Shown: in pieces, positions 1-7,598 of the stretch
Position numbering within the stretch: the first letter of the stretch is position 1
How the letters are laid out: every line of letters starts with the position of its first letter
IMG/VR virus record: IMGVR_UViG_3300020112_000447
Coordinates: 1 to 43,223 of that record
Origin: a virus
Direction: 5' to 3' (one strand)
Length of the DNA: 43,223 bases
Translations under genes and position numbers: made by a program
The notes under the pieces: model-generated
Database searches by the model: none
The model's input: the letters and a program-made list of their open reading frames with translations, nothing else
What the model was told of the DNA's origin: nothing

Positions 1-141
1 CCGATAGTTTCAAAAGAGCCTGCTTTAATTGGGGCATTGGCAGAGAGTTATATTCTGCACCATTCATATGGATAGGAGCAGACAAGGTAAACATTGAAAT
101 CGGCAAGAATGGCAAGGAACAATGCTATGACAAGTTTGTAG
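1..141. repeat. Terminal overlap, copy 1 (identical to 43083-43223)
   Basis: Base-by-base comparison by eye shows the two copies are identical. The repeat lies inside a coding region. Confidence 0.9.
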
Positions 142-524
142 TCAAGAGCATTTCATACGATTCAAATAGAAATATAACAAGCTTAACCATAATAAATGCC
201 AAGACAAATATAGTGGTGTATCAGATGGGGCAGAAGCAAGCAGAGCCACAGAAACCTACTGAGCCACAGAAAACAGAACCACAGAAAACTACTGAACAGC
301 AGAAACCTACTGAGCCACAGGAGTCTGAAGAAGAACAGTTTGAAAAAATAGCAATGATGAAGATACCTGAAATCAAGGTGAAAGCCCTTATTTCAACCTG
401 TGCCAAGGAAGGTGTAAAGGAAGAAACAATTCTAAAGCTTTACAAAGTCAAAAGCCTTGCAGACTTAACAGAATTACAATTTAGAAACATCAATGAATTT
501 TGGGAAGAAATAAAGAAGGTGTAA
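1..524 (+). CDS. Rad52/Sak-like annealase, C-terminal part (5'-partial in the window; first full codon at nt 3)
   Basis: Same frame as the tracked ORF 213-524 and open from nt 3. Nt 1-141 duplicate the end of the 42815 ORF. Contains a PQK/TE-rich low-complexity linker followed by a small C-terminal domain. Confidence 0.75.
   Translation, partial: DSFKRACFNWGIGRELYSAPFIWIGADKVNIEIGKNGKEQCYDKFVVKSISYDSNRNITSLTIINAKTNIVVYQMGQKQAEPQKPTEPQKTEPQKTTEQQKPTEPQESEEEQFEKIAMMKIPEIKVKALISTCAKEGVKEETILKLYKVKSLADLTELQFRNINEFWEEIKKV
243..326 (+). repeat. About five tandem 15-18-nt units (gagccacagaaacctact-like) encoding a (T)EPQK(P/T)T linker
   Basis: Direct reading of nt 243-326 gives protein KPTEPQKTEPQKTTEQQKPTEPQE. 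Confidence 0.7.
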
Positions 525-527
525 TGA

Positions 528-1061
528 ATGGAGTTCACAGGGCAGATGCTGAATGTCAGCAGGGATTGGAAAACAGGACAATTGAATATCACATTTTCAA
601 TCAATGAGCCATCTGCTGCAACAGAGATAGAGAACATCCAAGATTGTGAAAAGCTGAGCATAAAAGCTGTGAAGTTCAGGCAGAAAAGAAGCCTGGATGC
701 AAATGCACTGATGTGGGTATGCCTGGGGCAGATTGCATCAGCACTTAAAACAGATAAATGGGCTATTTACCTAAATATGCTGAAAAGGTATGGCAAATAC
801 ACATACATCTGCGTGAAGCCTTCCGTAGTTGAAGCTGTGAAAGCACAATGGCGAGAATGTGAAGAATTAGGTGATGTTGACATCAACGGACAAAAGGCGG
901 TTCAGATGCTTTGTTACTTTGGCTCATCAACCTACAACACAAAAGAGTTCACAGTCCTGCTTGATGGCATTATCAGCGAAATGAAAGAGATAGGGCTTGA
1001 TACACCAACATCAGAAGATATGAGGAGATCACTAGAGCAATGGGAAAAACAAAATCAGTGA
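528..1061 (+). CDS. ninB: NinB/Orf-like recombination mediator
   Basis: KRSLDANALMWVCLGQIA and GSSTYNTKEFTVLLDGIISEMKEIGLD resemble lambda Orf (RSLDQNRKLWACLGDVS ... QSTSRMRVGEFAELLELIQAFG). RBS AAGAAGGTG lies upstream. Confidence 0.7.
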   Translation: MEFTGQMLNVSRDWKTGQLNITFSINEPSAATEIENIQDCEKLSIKAVKFRQKRSLDANALMWVCLGQIASALKTDKWAIYLNMLKRYGKYTYICVKPSVVEAVKAQWRECEELGDVDINGQKAVQMLCYFGSSTYNTKEFTVLLDGIISEMKEIGLDTPTSEDMRRSLEQWEKQNQ

Positions 1062-1327
1062 TATTTAAGGATATGGAACATTGCTTCGTGTGTGGAAGCT
1101 CTCGTGTGCAGGTGCATCACATATTCTACGGAACAGCAAATAGAAAGATTTCTGACAGGTATGGATATGTGGTGGCATTATGCCAGGAACACCACACAGG
1201 AACGCAAGGTGTCCACTTTAACAAGCCTTTAGACATGCACTTGAAGAAGTTGGCACAGGAACACTTTGAAGGGCTGTATGGGGCAAGAAATGAGTTTATA
1301 AAGACTTTTGGAAAGTCTTATTTGTAA
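1040..1327 (+). CDS. Small HNH/Ref-like recombination-associated nuclease
   Basis: CFVCGSS..VQVHHIFYGTANRKISDRYGYVVALCQEHHTG pattern (Cys pair, HH, conserved H). Family commonly annotated as a RecA-dependent (Ref-like) nuclease in Firmicutes phages. Start is ambiguous (ATG 1040 or 1073). Confidence 0.55.
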   Translation: MGKTKSVIFKDMEHCFVCGSSRVQVHHIFYGTANRKISDRYGYVVALCQEHHTGTQGVHFNKPLDMHLKKLAQEHFEGLYGARNEFIKTFGKSYL

Positions 1328-1339
1328 GGGGTACAAAAG

Positions 1340-2281
1340 ATGAATATAGGGTTGATTGATGTCGATGGCCATAACTTTCCTAACATACCATTAATGAAAA
1401 TATCAGCATGGCACAAAAAGCAAGGACATCATGTTGAATGGTATGAGTCAATGTTTTCAGGTCATATGGACAAGGTTTATATGTCAAAGGTTTTCAGCTT
1501 TTCACCTGATTATGAATACTTCATTGATGCAGATGAAGTTGTGAAAGGTGGATCAGGTTATTGCATAAGCCTTGTTGACGGAACGGAAGTATTTGATGCT
1601 TCAAAAGATATTCCACTTCCATATGAAGTCGAACATATTTATCCTGATTATTCACTTTACAACATCAGTGATACTGCTTATGGATTCTTATCAAGAGGAT
1701 GCCCAAGAGGTTGCAGTTTCTGTCATGTAGAAGCAAAGGAAGGCAGGGCATCATTGAAGGTTGCAGATTTGAATGAGTTTTGGGATGGGCAAAAGAATAT
1801 AGTGCTTTGCGATCCTAACATCCTTGCATGCAGGCAGTGGAAACAACTACTTCAGCAGCTAATTGACAGCAAGGCAAATGTCGATATCAACCAAGGGCTT
1901 GATATAAGGCTTATGACAGAAGAAAAAGCAGAAATGCTGAAGCAAATTAAAATGAAGCAATTACATTTTGCCTGGGATAGGATTCAAGACAAAGATATCA
2001 TTGTTCCAAAATTCAAGATGTTCAAAGACATAACAGCAATAAATGAAAGAAACCTGATTGTGTATGTACTTTGTAACTTTGACACAACCATAGAGCAGGA
2101 TTTGGAACGAATATACACCTTGCGTGAATTAGGATATTGGGCTTATGTGATGCTTTATGACAAAGAGAATATACCAAAAGGCCATGAATTAAGGAAAATG
2201 GCAAGATGGGTGAATAACAGATTTATATTTGCTAAATGTAGAACATTTGAAGAATACAAGAAAGGAATTCAAAATGAGTGA
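1340..2281 (+). CDS. Radical SAM enzyme, function unknown
   Basis: CPRGCSFC (CX3CX2C) cluster motif after a Rossmann-like N-terminus (MNIGLIDVDGHNFPNIPLMKISAWHKKQG). RBS AAGGGG upstream. Confidence 0.75.
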   Translation: MNIGLIDVDGHNFPNIPLMKISAWHKKQGHHVEWYESMFSGHMDKVYMSKVFSFSPDYEYFIDADEVVKGGSGYCISLVDGTEVFDASKDIPLPYEVEHIYPDYSLYNISDTAYGFLSRGCPRGCSFCHVEAKEGRASLKVADLNEFWDGQKNIVLCDPNILACRQWKQLLQQLIDSKANVDINQGLDIRLMTEEKAEMLKQIKMKQLHFAWDRIQDKDIIVPKFKMFKDITAINERNLIVYVLCNFDTTIEQDLERIYTLRELGYWAYVMLYDKENIPKGHELRKMARWVNNRFIFAKCRTFEEYKKGIQNE

Positions 2282-2438
2282 TTTAATAAAATGCGGTCAT
2301 AACAATGCAGAACATAAAGATTGTTTTGCTAGAACCAAGAAAGGCGAATGTGAATGCCTTGTAGATTGTAATTTTAAGGGTGATGGATGTCACTTTTATA
2401 AGAACAAATATAAGAAAGGAGTGAACAAGCATGAATAA
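2274..2438 (+). CDS. Cys-rich small protein (54 aa, 7 Cys)
   Basis: ATG 2274 overlaps the radical SAM stop region. Sequence is MSDLIKCGHNNAEHKDCFARTKKGECECLVDCNFKGDGCHFYK. The tracked start at 2229 lies deep inside the upstream gene. Confidence 0.5.
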   Translation: MSDLIKCGHNNAEHKDCFARTKKGECECLVDCNFKGDGCHFYKNKYKKGVNKHE

Positions 2439-2844
2439 GTGGATAGGAATGGGAAGGCTTGTAGCGGATCCTGAGATAAGGTACACCCAGGGCGAGAATC
2501 AGACATGCGTAGCAAGATACAGACTCGCAGTAGACAGAAAGTATCACAAGGAAGGTGAGCAGACAGCAGACTTCATAAGCTGCGTAGCCTTTGGAAAGAA
2601 TGGTGAATTCGCAGAAAAGTACCTTCACAAGGGAATGAAGATTCTTGTAGCAGGCAGAATTCAGACAGGCAGCTACACCAACAAGGATGGGCAGAAGGTA
2701 TATACCACAGACATTGTGGTAGAAGAACATGACTTCTGCGAAAGCAAGGGTGCATCAGGCGAAGCATCTGCACCATCAACACCTGAAGATGCAGGATTTA
2801 TGTCCATACCTGATGGGATAGAAGGGGATTTGCCTTTTAGATAG
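2431..2844 (+). CDS. ssb: Single-stranded DNA-binding protein
   Basis: MNKWIGMGRLVADPEIRYTQ...ADFISCVAFGKNGEFAEKYLHKG..ILVAGRIQTGSYTNKDGQKVYTTDIVVEE, plus an acidic tail ending in DLPF(R). Confidence 0.92.
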   Translation: MNKWIGMGRLVADPEIRYTQGENQTCVARYRLAVDRKYHKEGEQTADFISCVAFGKNGEFAEKYLHKGMKILVAGRIQTGSYTNKDGQKVYTTDIVVEEHDFCESKGASGEASAPSTPEDAGFMSIPDGIEGDLPFR

Positions 2845-2856
2845 GAGTTGCACAGC

Positions 2857-3243
2857 ATGGAATATAAAGTAGTCATTGAAGGCAGATATCCATCAATGAA
2901 TGAATTTATAGATGCTAATAGAAGAAGTAAGGGCAAGTTTAATAAGGGCAATCAGTTGAAGCAGCAGTGCCAGGATGACATATCTTGGCAGTTGCTGCAG
3001 CAACACAAGCACCTTCACATTGATAAGCCTGTAAAGCTTTTCTATACATTCTATGAACCTAATAAAAAAAGAGATTTAGACAATATATCAGGATTCTTTC
3101 ACAAGGTGTTTCAAGATGCATTGGTTCACTGCGGAATTATACACAATGATTCATGGCATTACATCGTAGGCTTTAGTGATGAATTTCTGATAGATCAGAA
3201 GAATCCAAGAATCGAAGTAACAATACAGGAATCAGGTGATTGA
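2857..3243 (+). CDS. rusA: RusA-family Holliday junction resolvase
   Basis: PSMNEF..., KKRDLDNISGFFHKVFQDAL, HNDSW and RIEVTIQE match the RusA layout. ATG 2857 is preferred over the tracked TTG 2848. Confidence 0.8.
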   Translation: MEYKVVIEGRYPSMNEFIDANRRSKGKFNKGNQLKQQCQDDISWQLLQQHKHLHIDKPVKLFYTFYEPNKKRDLDNISGFFHKVFQDALVHCGIIHNDSWHYIVGFSDEFLIDQKNPRIEVTIQESGD

Positions 3244-3244
3244 T

Positions 3245-3571
3245 ATGGTCAAAGAATTAAAGACAACCACTGAACTTGTCAAAGATTTGCTTGAAAAATA
3301 TCCAAAGGCAAGAAACAGTGACAACTACTTATATATCAAGGTTCTTCAGCACAAAGGGGCTGCAAAGGGAATCAATCTTGAACAGATGTCAGTGTTCAAC
3401 TTCTTCATGAGAATCAAGGAACTTGATGTTCCGTCTATTGAAACAGTAGGCAGATGTAGAAGAAAGATAGTTGAATCACATCCTGAATTAGCAGGCAATG
3501 GTGATGTTGAAGCAGGCAGAATGCTCCAGGAAGAAACATTCAGGGATTATGCAAGGAAGGTGAGAGCATGA
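3245..3571 (+). CDS. Hypothetical conserved phage protein
   Basis: ORF with AGGTGATTGAT-ATG initiation region. No recognisable motif. Confidence 0.5.
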   Translation: MVKELKTTTELVKDLLEKYPKARNSDNYLYIKVLQHKGAAKGINLEQMSVFNFFMRIKELDVPSIETVGRCRRKIVESHPELAGNGDVEAGRMLQEETFRDYARKVRA

Positions 3572-3944
3572 ATAAATCACAGATACAAATGAAAAAGGCA
3601 ATGAAGATGGGAATGTCACCAATTGACATTGCACACATGAAAGAGATTGCAAGAAAAGAAGCTGCAAGGATGGAACAGGAAGCCATTGAAAAATCATTCA
3701 TTTTTATGCTTGCGATTCCTACCATGGTTCTTGCCTTTGACTATTGGCAGCAAGGAAGAAAGTGCCACAGTTCATAGCAGACGTTATCAGCTTATACGAG
3801 TCGGTGCAGATGGGAGTGGTAACACACAAGCAGCTAACAGATGACCTAAGAGAGTTAGCAGGAGTAGACATAGAAGCAGAATGGATAAAAGGCAGAGAAG
3901 GTGACAAGGATGGCAGATGTGAAGTGGATAAAAATCACAACTGA
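3568..3944 (+). CDS. Phage protein encoded in two frames (3568-3777, then -1 frame 3759-3944); either a frameshift mutation or a slip
   Basis: Two overlapping ORFs. The reading ...AFDYWQQGRK|VPQFIADVISLYESVQMGVV is continuous if the ribosome or the sequence shifts -1 at A_AAG (3759-3762). Confidence 0.45.
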
Positions 3945-4779
3945 TGTATTTGATGATGAAAAGATTCTTCTGATAGAAAGCCTACCTGAAGCAGATTCAA
4001 TCATTGTGATATGGTTCAAACTTCTATGCCTAGCAGGGAAGCAGAACAACAGCGGTGTGTTCCTTATGGGTGACAGAATAGCATATACAGACAAGATGCT
4101 TGCAACCATATTCAGAAGGAAAGAATCCACAGTTCAGCTTGCTCTGCAGACATTTGAACAATTTGGAATGATTGAATTGATAGATGGTGTAATAACAATC
4201 CCTAATTGGGAGAAACATCAGAACCTGGATCAGTTAGAAAAAATCAAAGAACAAACCAGGGTGCGTGTTGCGAAACACAGAGAAAAGCAAAAGCTATTAT
4301 CTTGTAACGTTACGGATAACGTTACAGAAGGTGTTACAGTAACGCAAGGTAACGCAACAGATAAGATAAGAGAAGAAGAAGATAAGAATAAGATAAGAAT
4401 AGATTATCAGTTTGTGGCTGATATGTACAACAGCACATGCACTTCTTATCCTTCTATAAAATCCTTATCTGAAGCCAGGAAGAAGGCAATCAAGGCAAGA
4501 TTGAATACTTACACTATAGATGATTTCAAAACCTTATTTGAAAAGGCAGAAGCATCAACCTTCTTGAAGGGTGGAAACAATAGCAATTGGTCAGCAAACT
4601 TTGATTGGCTGATTAAAGATGCAAACATGGCAAAGGTGCTTGATGGCAATTATGACAACAAGCCTGAGATTAGTAAAAACACAAACTATCAAGGCTATCA
4701 GAAGAAAAGTACCAAGGCAGAAGAACTTGATGATTTTTATAGGATGGCTGCAGAGTTTGGGGAAGGTGACAATGGATAG
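3910..4779 (+). CDS. Phage replisome organizer (DnaD-like N-terminal domain)
   Basis: MADVKWIKITTDVFDDEKILLIESLPEADSIIVIWFKLLCLAGKQNNSGVF...TIPNWEKHQN is the typical replisome-organizer N-domain. ATG 3910 is preferred over GTG 3901. Confidence 0.8.
   Translation: MADVKWIKITTDVFDDEKILLIESLPEADSIIVIWFKLLCLAGKQNNSGVFLMGDRIAYTDKMLATIFRRKESTVQLALQTFEQFGMIELIDGVITIPNWEKHQNLDQLEKIKEQTRVRVAKHREKQKLLSCNVTDNVTEGVTVTQGNATDKIREEEDKNKIRIDYQFVADMYNSTCTSYPSIKSLSEARKKAIKARLNTYTIDDFKTLFEKAEASTFLKGGNNSNWSANFDWLIKDANMAKVLDGNYDNKPEISKNTNYQGYQKKSTKAEELDDFYRMAAEFGEGDNG
4304..4400. repeat. Iteron cluster (GTAACG/GTTAC cores, then GATAAGA repeats) inside the organizer gene; putative origin
   Basis: GTAACGTTAC palindrome at 4304-4313, ATAACGTTAC at 4316-4325, GTTACAGTAAC at 4333-4343, GTAACGC at 4339 and 4349. 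GATAAG occurs at 4360, 4365, 4381 and 4392 in an A-rich tract. Confidence 0.5.
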
Positions 4780-5311
4780 AGATTTCAAATTTAATAGTGA
4801 AAGATATTATGATCCAACAGTTTATATGGCACTTAATAATGTGCAGAAAGGCGAAAAAATGGAACAGATAAAAGCAGGTGAAATATGGGAGTATAATCAT
4901 CCTAATGCAACAGTAGATAGTACAGGATTAGTTCTTGCAGTAAATGGAGATGTAGTTACATTCCTGAAGCTTATAGACACAAAGAATAGCAAGCATGATA
5001 TAGAAGTTAATTGCAGGGGCATCATGTACGCAGGAAGTAGCATGATTGTTTATGGATTCATTCAGAACTTCCGCACCTACATCAGGACAATGAACACTGA
5101 AGTATTCAATGATATCAAGTATAAGGTGGCAGAAAGTCTTGGAATCTCATCAATGATACATGAAGTTGAAGTGGAAAAGATTGTTGAAGTGGAAAAGGCT
5201 GTGAATGTTCCTGCAACAACATCAGATGTGGAACTTGAAAGAACCAAGGCACAGCTTGAAGTGTACAAGGGATTATATGAAAACCTTATGCAACAGATGA
5301 TGGGCAGGTGA
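4772..5311 (+). CDS. Hypothetical protein
   Basis: ATG 4772 overlaps the organizer stop (ATGGATAG). The tracked 4619 start is an overlapping extension with no support. Confidence 0.5.
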   Translation: MDRDFKFNSERYYDPTVYMALNNVQKGEKMEQIKAGEIWEYNHPNATVDSTGLVLAVNGDVVTFLKLIDTKNSKHDIEVNCRGIMYAGSSMIVYGFIQNFRTYIRTMNTEVFNDIKYKVAESLGISSMIHEVEVEKIVEVEKAVNVPATTSDVELERTKAQLEVYKGLYENLMQQMMGR

Positions 5312-5315
5312 TTAT

Positions 5316-5663
5316 ATGTCGATAGAAGAAGAAATTGCAAAGAGAAAAAGGATGATTGAATTTGCAAAGAATGACCTAAAAAAAGATGATGTGGTAGGCA
5401 AAGAAATCATCGAAGAGTCGATAGAATCTAACAAGAGCATAATAATGTGGCTCAGAGAACTCCAGGTGCTTAGATTTCAGGAGTCACTGACAGAAGATGA
5501 AAGATATATAGTAGGCTACAACAAGGGGCTAGATTCTGCCAAAAAGATAGTCAAAGGCCATATGGGATGGAATAAAGGCTATTCTTTCAACAATGAAATG
5601 GAAGAAATAACTGAAGAAATTGATAACGAGAAAAAGGGAGATAGCAAGAATGATAGACATTGA
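5316..5663 (+). CDS. Hypothetical protein
   Basis: ORF with AGGTGA RBS. Confidence 0.45.
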   Translation: MSIEEEIAKRKRMIEFAKNDLKKDDVVGKEIIEESIESNKSIIMWLRELQVLRFQESLTEDERYIVGYNKGLDSAKKIVKGHMGWNKGYSFNNEMEEITEEIDNEKKGDSKNDRH

Positions 5664-5808
5664 ATTGTTAAAGAAAATAAGAGAAGTACAGAATGACAAG
5701 GGAACACTTCTCGATGTAGTAGCAAAGCAGGACAAGATACTGAATGATTGCTACAAGGAACTAGTAACATGCTACAAGGCAATAATAAGCCTGGTCGAAG
5801 ATTTATAG
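5650..5808 (+). CDS. Hypothetical small protein
   Basis: ATG 5650 overlaps the end of the upstream gene. 52 aa. Confidence 0.35.
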   Translation: MIDIELLKKIREVQNDKGTLLDVVAKQDKILNDCYKELVTCYKAIISLVEDL

Positions 5809-5821
5809 AAAGGAGAGAGCT

Positions 5822-6058
5822 ATGACGATTATAGATGCAGACAAGCTAAAGGAAAAGTACCCAGGCAGAAGGTCACTAAATACAGTACTTGATAAGGAAA
5901 AGCCTGTGACAATAGCAGAGCAGATAGAAAATATCATAGAAGAGATGTGCGATAAATATTGCAAAATACCATACAAGTACAGTGCAAACGAGTGGGAAGA
6001 TATCAAAGGCACAGACGAATGCCCATGCAACAACTGTCCACTCAACAGACTAAGATAA
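5822..6058 (+). CDS. Hypothetical Cys-containing small protein
   Basis: RBS AAAGGAGAG. Motifs CDKYC...ECPCNNC. Confidence 0.45.
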   Translation: MTIIDADKLKEKYPGRRSLNTVLDKEKPVTIAEQIENIIEEMCDKYCKIPYKYSANEWEDIKGTDECPCNNCPLNRLR

Positions 6059-6074
6059 AAAAAGGGGGTAAAAA

Positions 6075-6599
6075 ATGGATAAAAAAGAATTTGCAACCTT
6101 TGCAATGGCTTTAAAGACATACTATCCTAGGGAACAACTGCTGCCGAATCAGCAGGCAATGGAACTGTGGTACAGAGAACTTTGTGACATTCCATACTAT
6201 GTCGCAGAAGCAGGTCTTAGAAAATGGGTAGTGAACAATAAGTGGTCACCTTCCATTGCAGAAATAAGGGAAATGACAACAGATGTAACAAAGGGTGAGA
6301 TTCCTGATTGGGGCGAAGGTTGGGATAGTACCTGCAGAGCCATCAGAAGATATGGATCCTACAATGTCAAGGAAGCCATGGCAAGCCTGGATGAGATAAC
6401 AAGGGAAACAGTAAGAAGGATTGGATTTATAAACCTTTGTATGTCAGAGAATGTAACAGCAGACAGGGCTAACTTCAGAATGATATATGAACAGCTTGCA
6501 GATAGAAAGAGAAAAGAAGAGAAGATGCCTGATAGATTAAAGCTTCTGATTGCAGGAATGAAGGATATGAATCTGTTGGAAAGTGGTGATGAAGAATGA
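6075..6599 (+). CDS. G39P-like replicative helicase loader family protein
   Basis: FATFAMALKTYYP...ELWYRELCDIPYYVAEAGLRKWVVNNKWSPSIAEIRE follows the SPP1 G39P-type N-domain pattern (..YP..,W..L.D,..PS.AEI). Confidence 0.5.
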   Translation: MDKKEFATFAMALKTYYPREQLLPNQQAMELWYRELCDIPYYVAEAGLRKWVVNNKWSPSIAEIREMTTDVTKGEIPDWGEGWDSTCRAIRRYGSYNVKEAMASLDEITRETVRRIGFINLCMSENVTADRANFRMIYEQLADRKRKEEKMPDRLKLLIAGMKDMNLLESGDEE

Positions 6600-7027
6600 A
6601 TGCAAAGACATACCTGGAACAAGTAGAAAAGATTGATAGGATGATAGCCAACAAGCAGGCAGAAGCAGAACAGTGGATGGCAATAGCCACAAGTTCAACA
6701 GCAGCTATGGATGGAAATGAACGTGTGCAGGCTTCAGGCAATCCACAGAAGATGGCAGATGCCATAGACAGATATGTAGATATTCAAAGGGAAATAGATG
6801 CAGAGATTGACAGACTCATTGATACCAAGCAGCAGGTGATAAGAACCATTGAACAGCTTCCTGCAATTGAATATGATGTGCTTCACAAGATTTATATACA
6901 GTACAAGGACTTCAAAGAAGTATCATCAGAACATGGCAAAGCTTACACATGGGCTACAACCATTCATGGAAGGGCATTGAAGAATCTACAGAACATATTG
7001 AATAAAAGGGGTGAACACGATGACTAG
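6596..7027 (+). CDS. Sigma-70 region-4-like / DUF1492-type putative late transcription regulator
   Basis: YLEQVEKIDRMI..KQAEAEQW...GNERVQASGNPQKMADAIDRYVDIQREIDAEIDRLID...LPAIEYDVLHKIY resembles Firmicutes phage late regulators. Sits just before the packaging genes. Confidence 0.5.
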   Translation: MNAKTYLEQVEKIDRMIANKQAEAEQWMAIATSSTAAMDGNERVQASGNPQKMADAIDRYVDIQREIDAEIDRLIDTKQQVIRTIEQLPAIEYDVLHKIYIQYKDFKEVSSEHGKAYTWATTIHGRALKNLQNILNKRGEHDD

Positions 7028-7373
7028 TGAACTTTCAAAAATTACAGACATACATGACGTAGGTGCAGACTTCCTTGTAGAAGCAATCCTAGAAAGAGCA
7101 ATAAAAGATTATGAGTTTGCACTAAAGTGGAAGGATATCGAGCCAAAGAACAGAAGCCAGGAAGAAAGCAAGAGAGAAGCAAAAAGACTATACAAAGAAT
7201 GCGAAATATTCTTCAGGTCGCATTGGTACTCGATGATGTGCAAGATGAATGGTGATGATTTAATGAAGAAGATAAGAGAACACTACTGTGAATATGATTG
7301 CAGCATCTTGACAGATATGGATTACAAGAAGAAACACAAAAGGAAAAAACCAATAAAAATTGAATTTGAATAA
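7020..7373 (+). CDS. Hypothetical protein (last gene of the early operon)
   Basis: ATG 7020 overlaps the upstream stop. Basic C-terminus. Confidence 0.45.
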   Translation: MTSELSKITDIHDVGADFLVEAILERAIKDYEFALKWKDIEPKNRSQEESKREAKRLYKECEIFFRSHWYSMMCKMNGDDLMKKIREHYCEYDCSILTDMDYKKKHKRKKPIKIEFE

Positions 7374-7379
7374 ATTTTT

Positions 7380-7432
7380 GTAAAAAATTGTTTGTTTGTG
7401 ACTTTTTTGTAGAAAATTGTTTGTTTGTGACT
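7380..7432 (+). repeat. Two 24-nt direct repeats GTA(A/G)AAAATTGTTTGTTTGTGACT (7380-7403, 7409-7432)
   Basis: Read directly. One mismatch, and starts are 29 bp apart. Confidence 0.85.
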
Positions 7433-7495
7433 AAATCAGTAGTTGTGCGTAGCCTTGACAGATGATATAGTTAAGCTATGAAAATATGTTAACAC

Positions 7496-7526
7496 AAGGC
7501 ACTGTTCTAAGAGCAGTGCCTTTTCC
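7496..7526 (+). terminator. Rho-independent terminator at the early/late boundary
   Basis: AAGGCACTG-ttctaagag-CAGTGCCTT stem (9 bp) running into TTTT. Confidence 0.65.
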
Positions 7527-7598
7527 TATGCCTATCAGTCGGTTTTCTTCTCCCCTAAGTTTTTCCTGCTGATGGGCTTTTTGTTATGAGGTGAAAAG

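Noticed and set aside
1-141. 141-bp terminal repeat as a biological direct terminal repeat or cos end
   Set aside because: It lies inside the annealase coding sequence, and the terminase looks like a headful (pac) type. Assembly overlap of a circular or permuted genome is the simpler reading. Not proven without reads.
4619-4771. N-terminal extensions proposed by the ORF track (4619 for ORF 4772-5311; also 39975 for the C5 MTase, 36979 for ORF 36626-36862, 2229 for the Cys-rich ORF)
   Set aside because: The extensions overlap conserved upstream genes or the xth fragment and have no RBS. Internal ATGs with good RBSs coincide with the expected family N-termini.
7455-7482. TTGACA-N16-TATGAA as a confident sigma-A promoter
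   Set aside because: The -35 is perfect, but every candidate -10 lacks the conserved final T. It is kept only as part of the boundary-element hypothesis, not as a feature.
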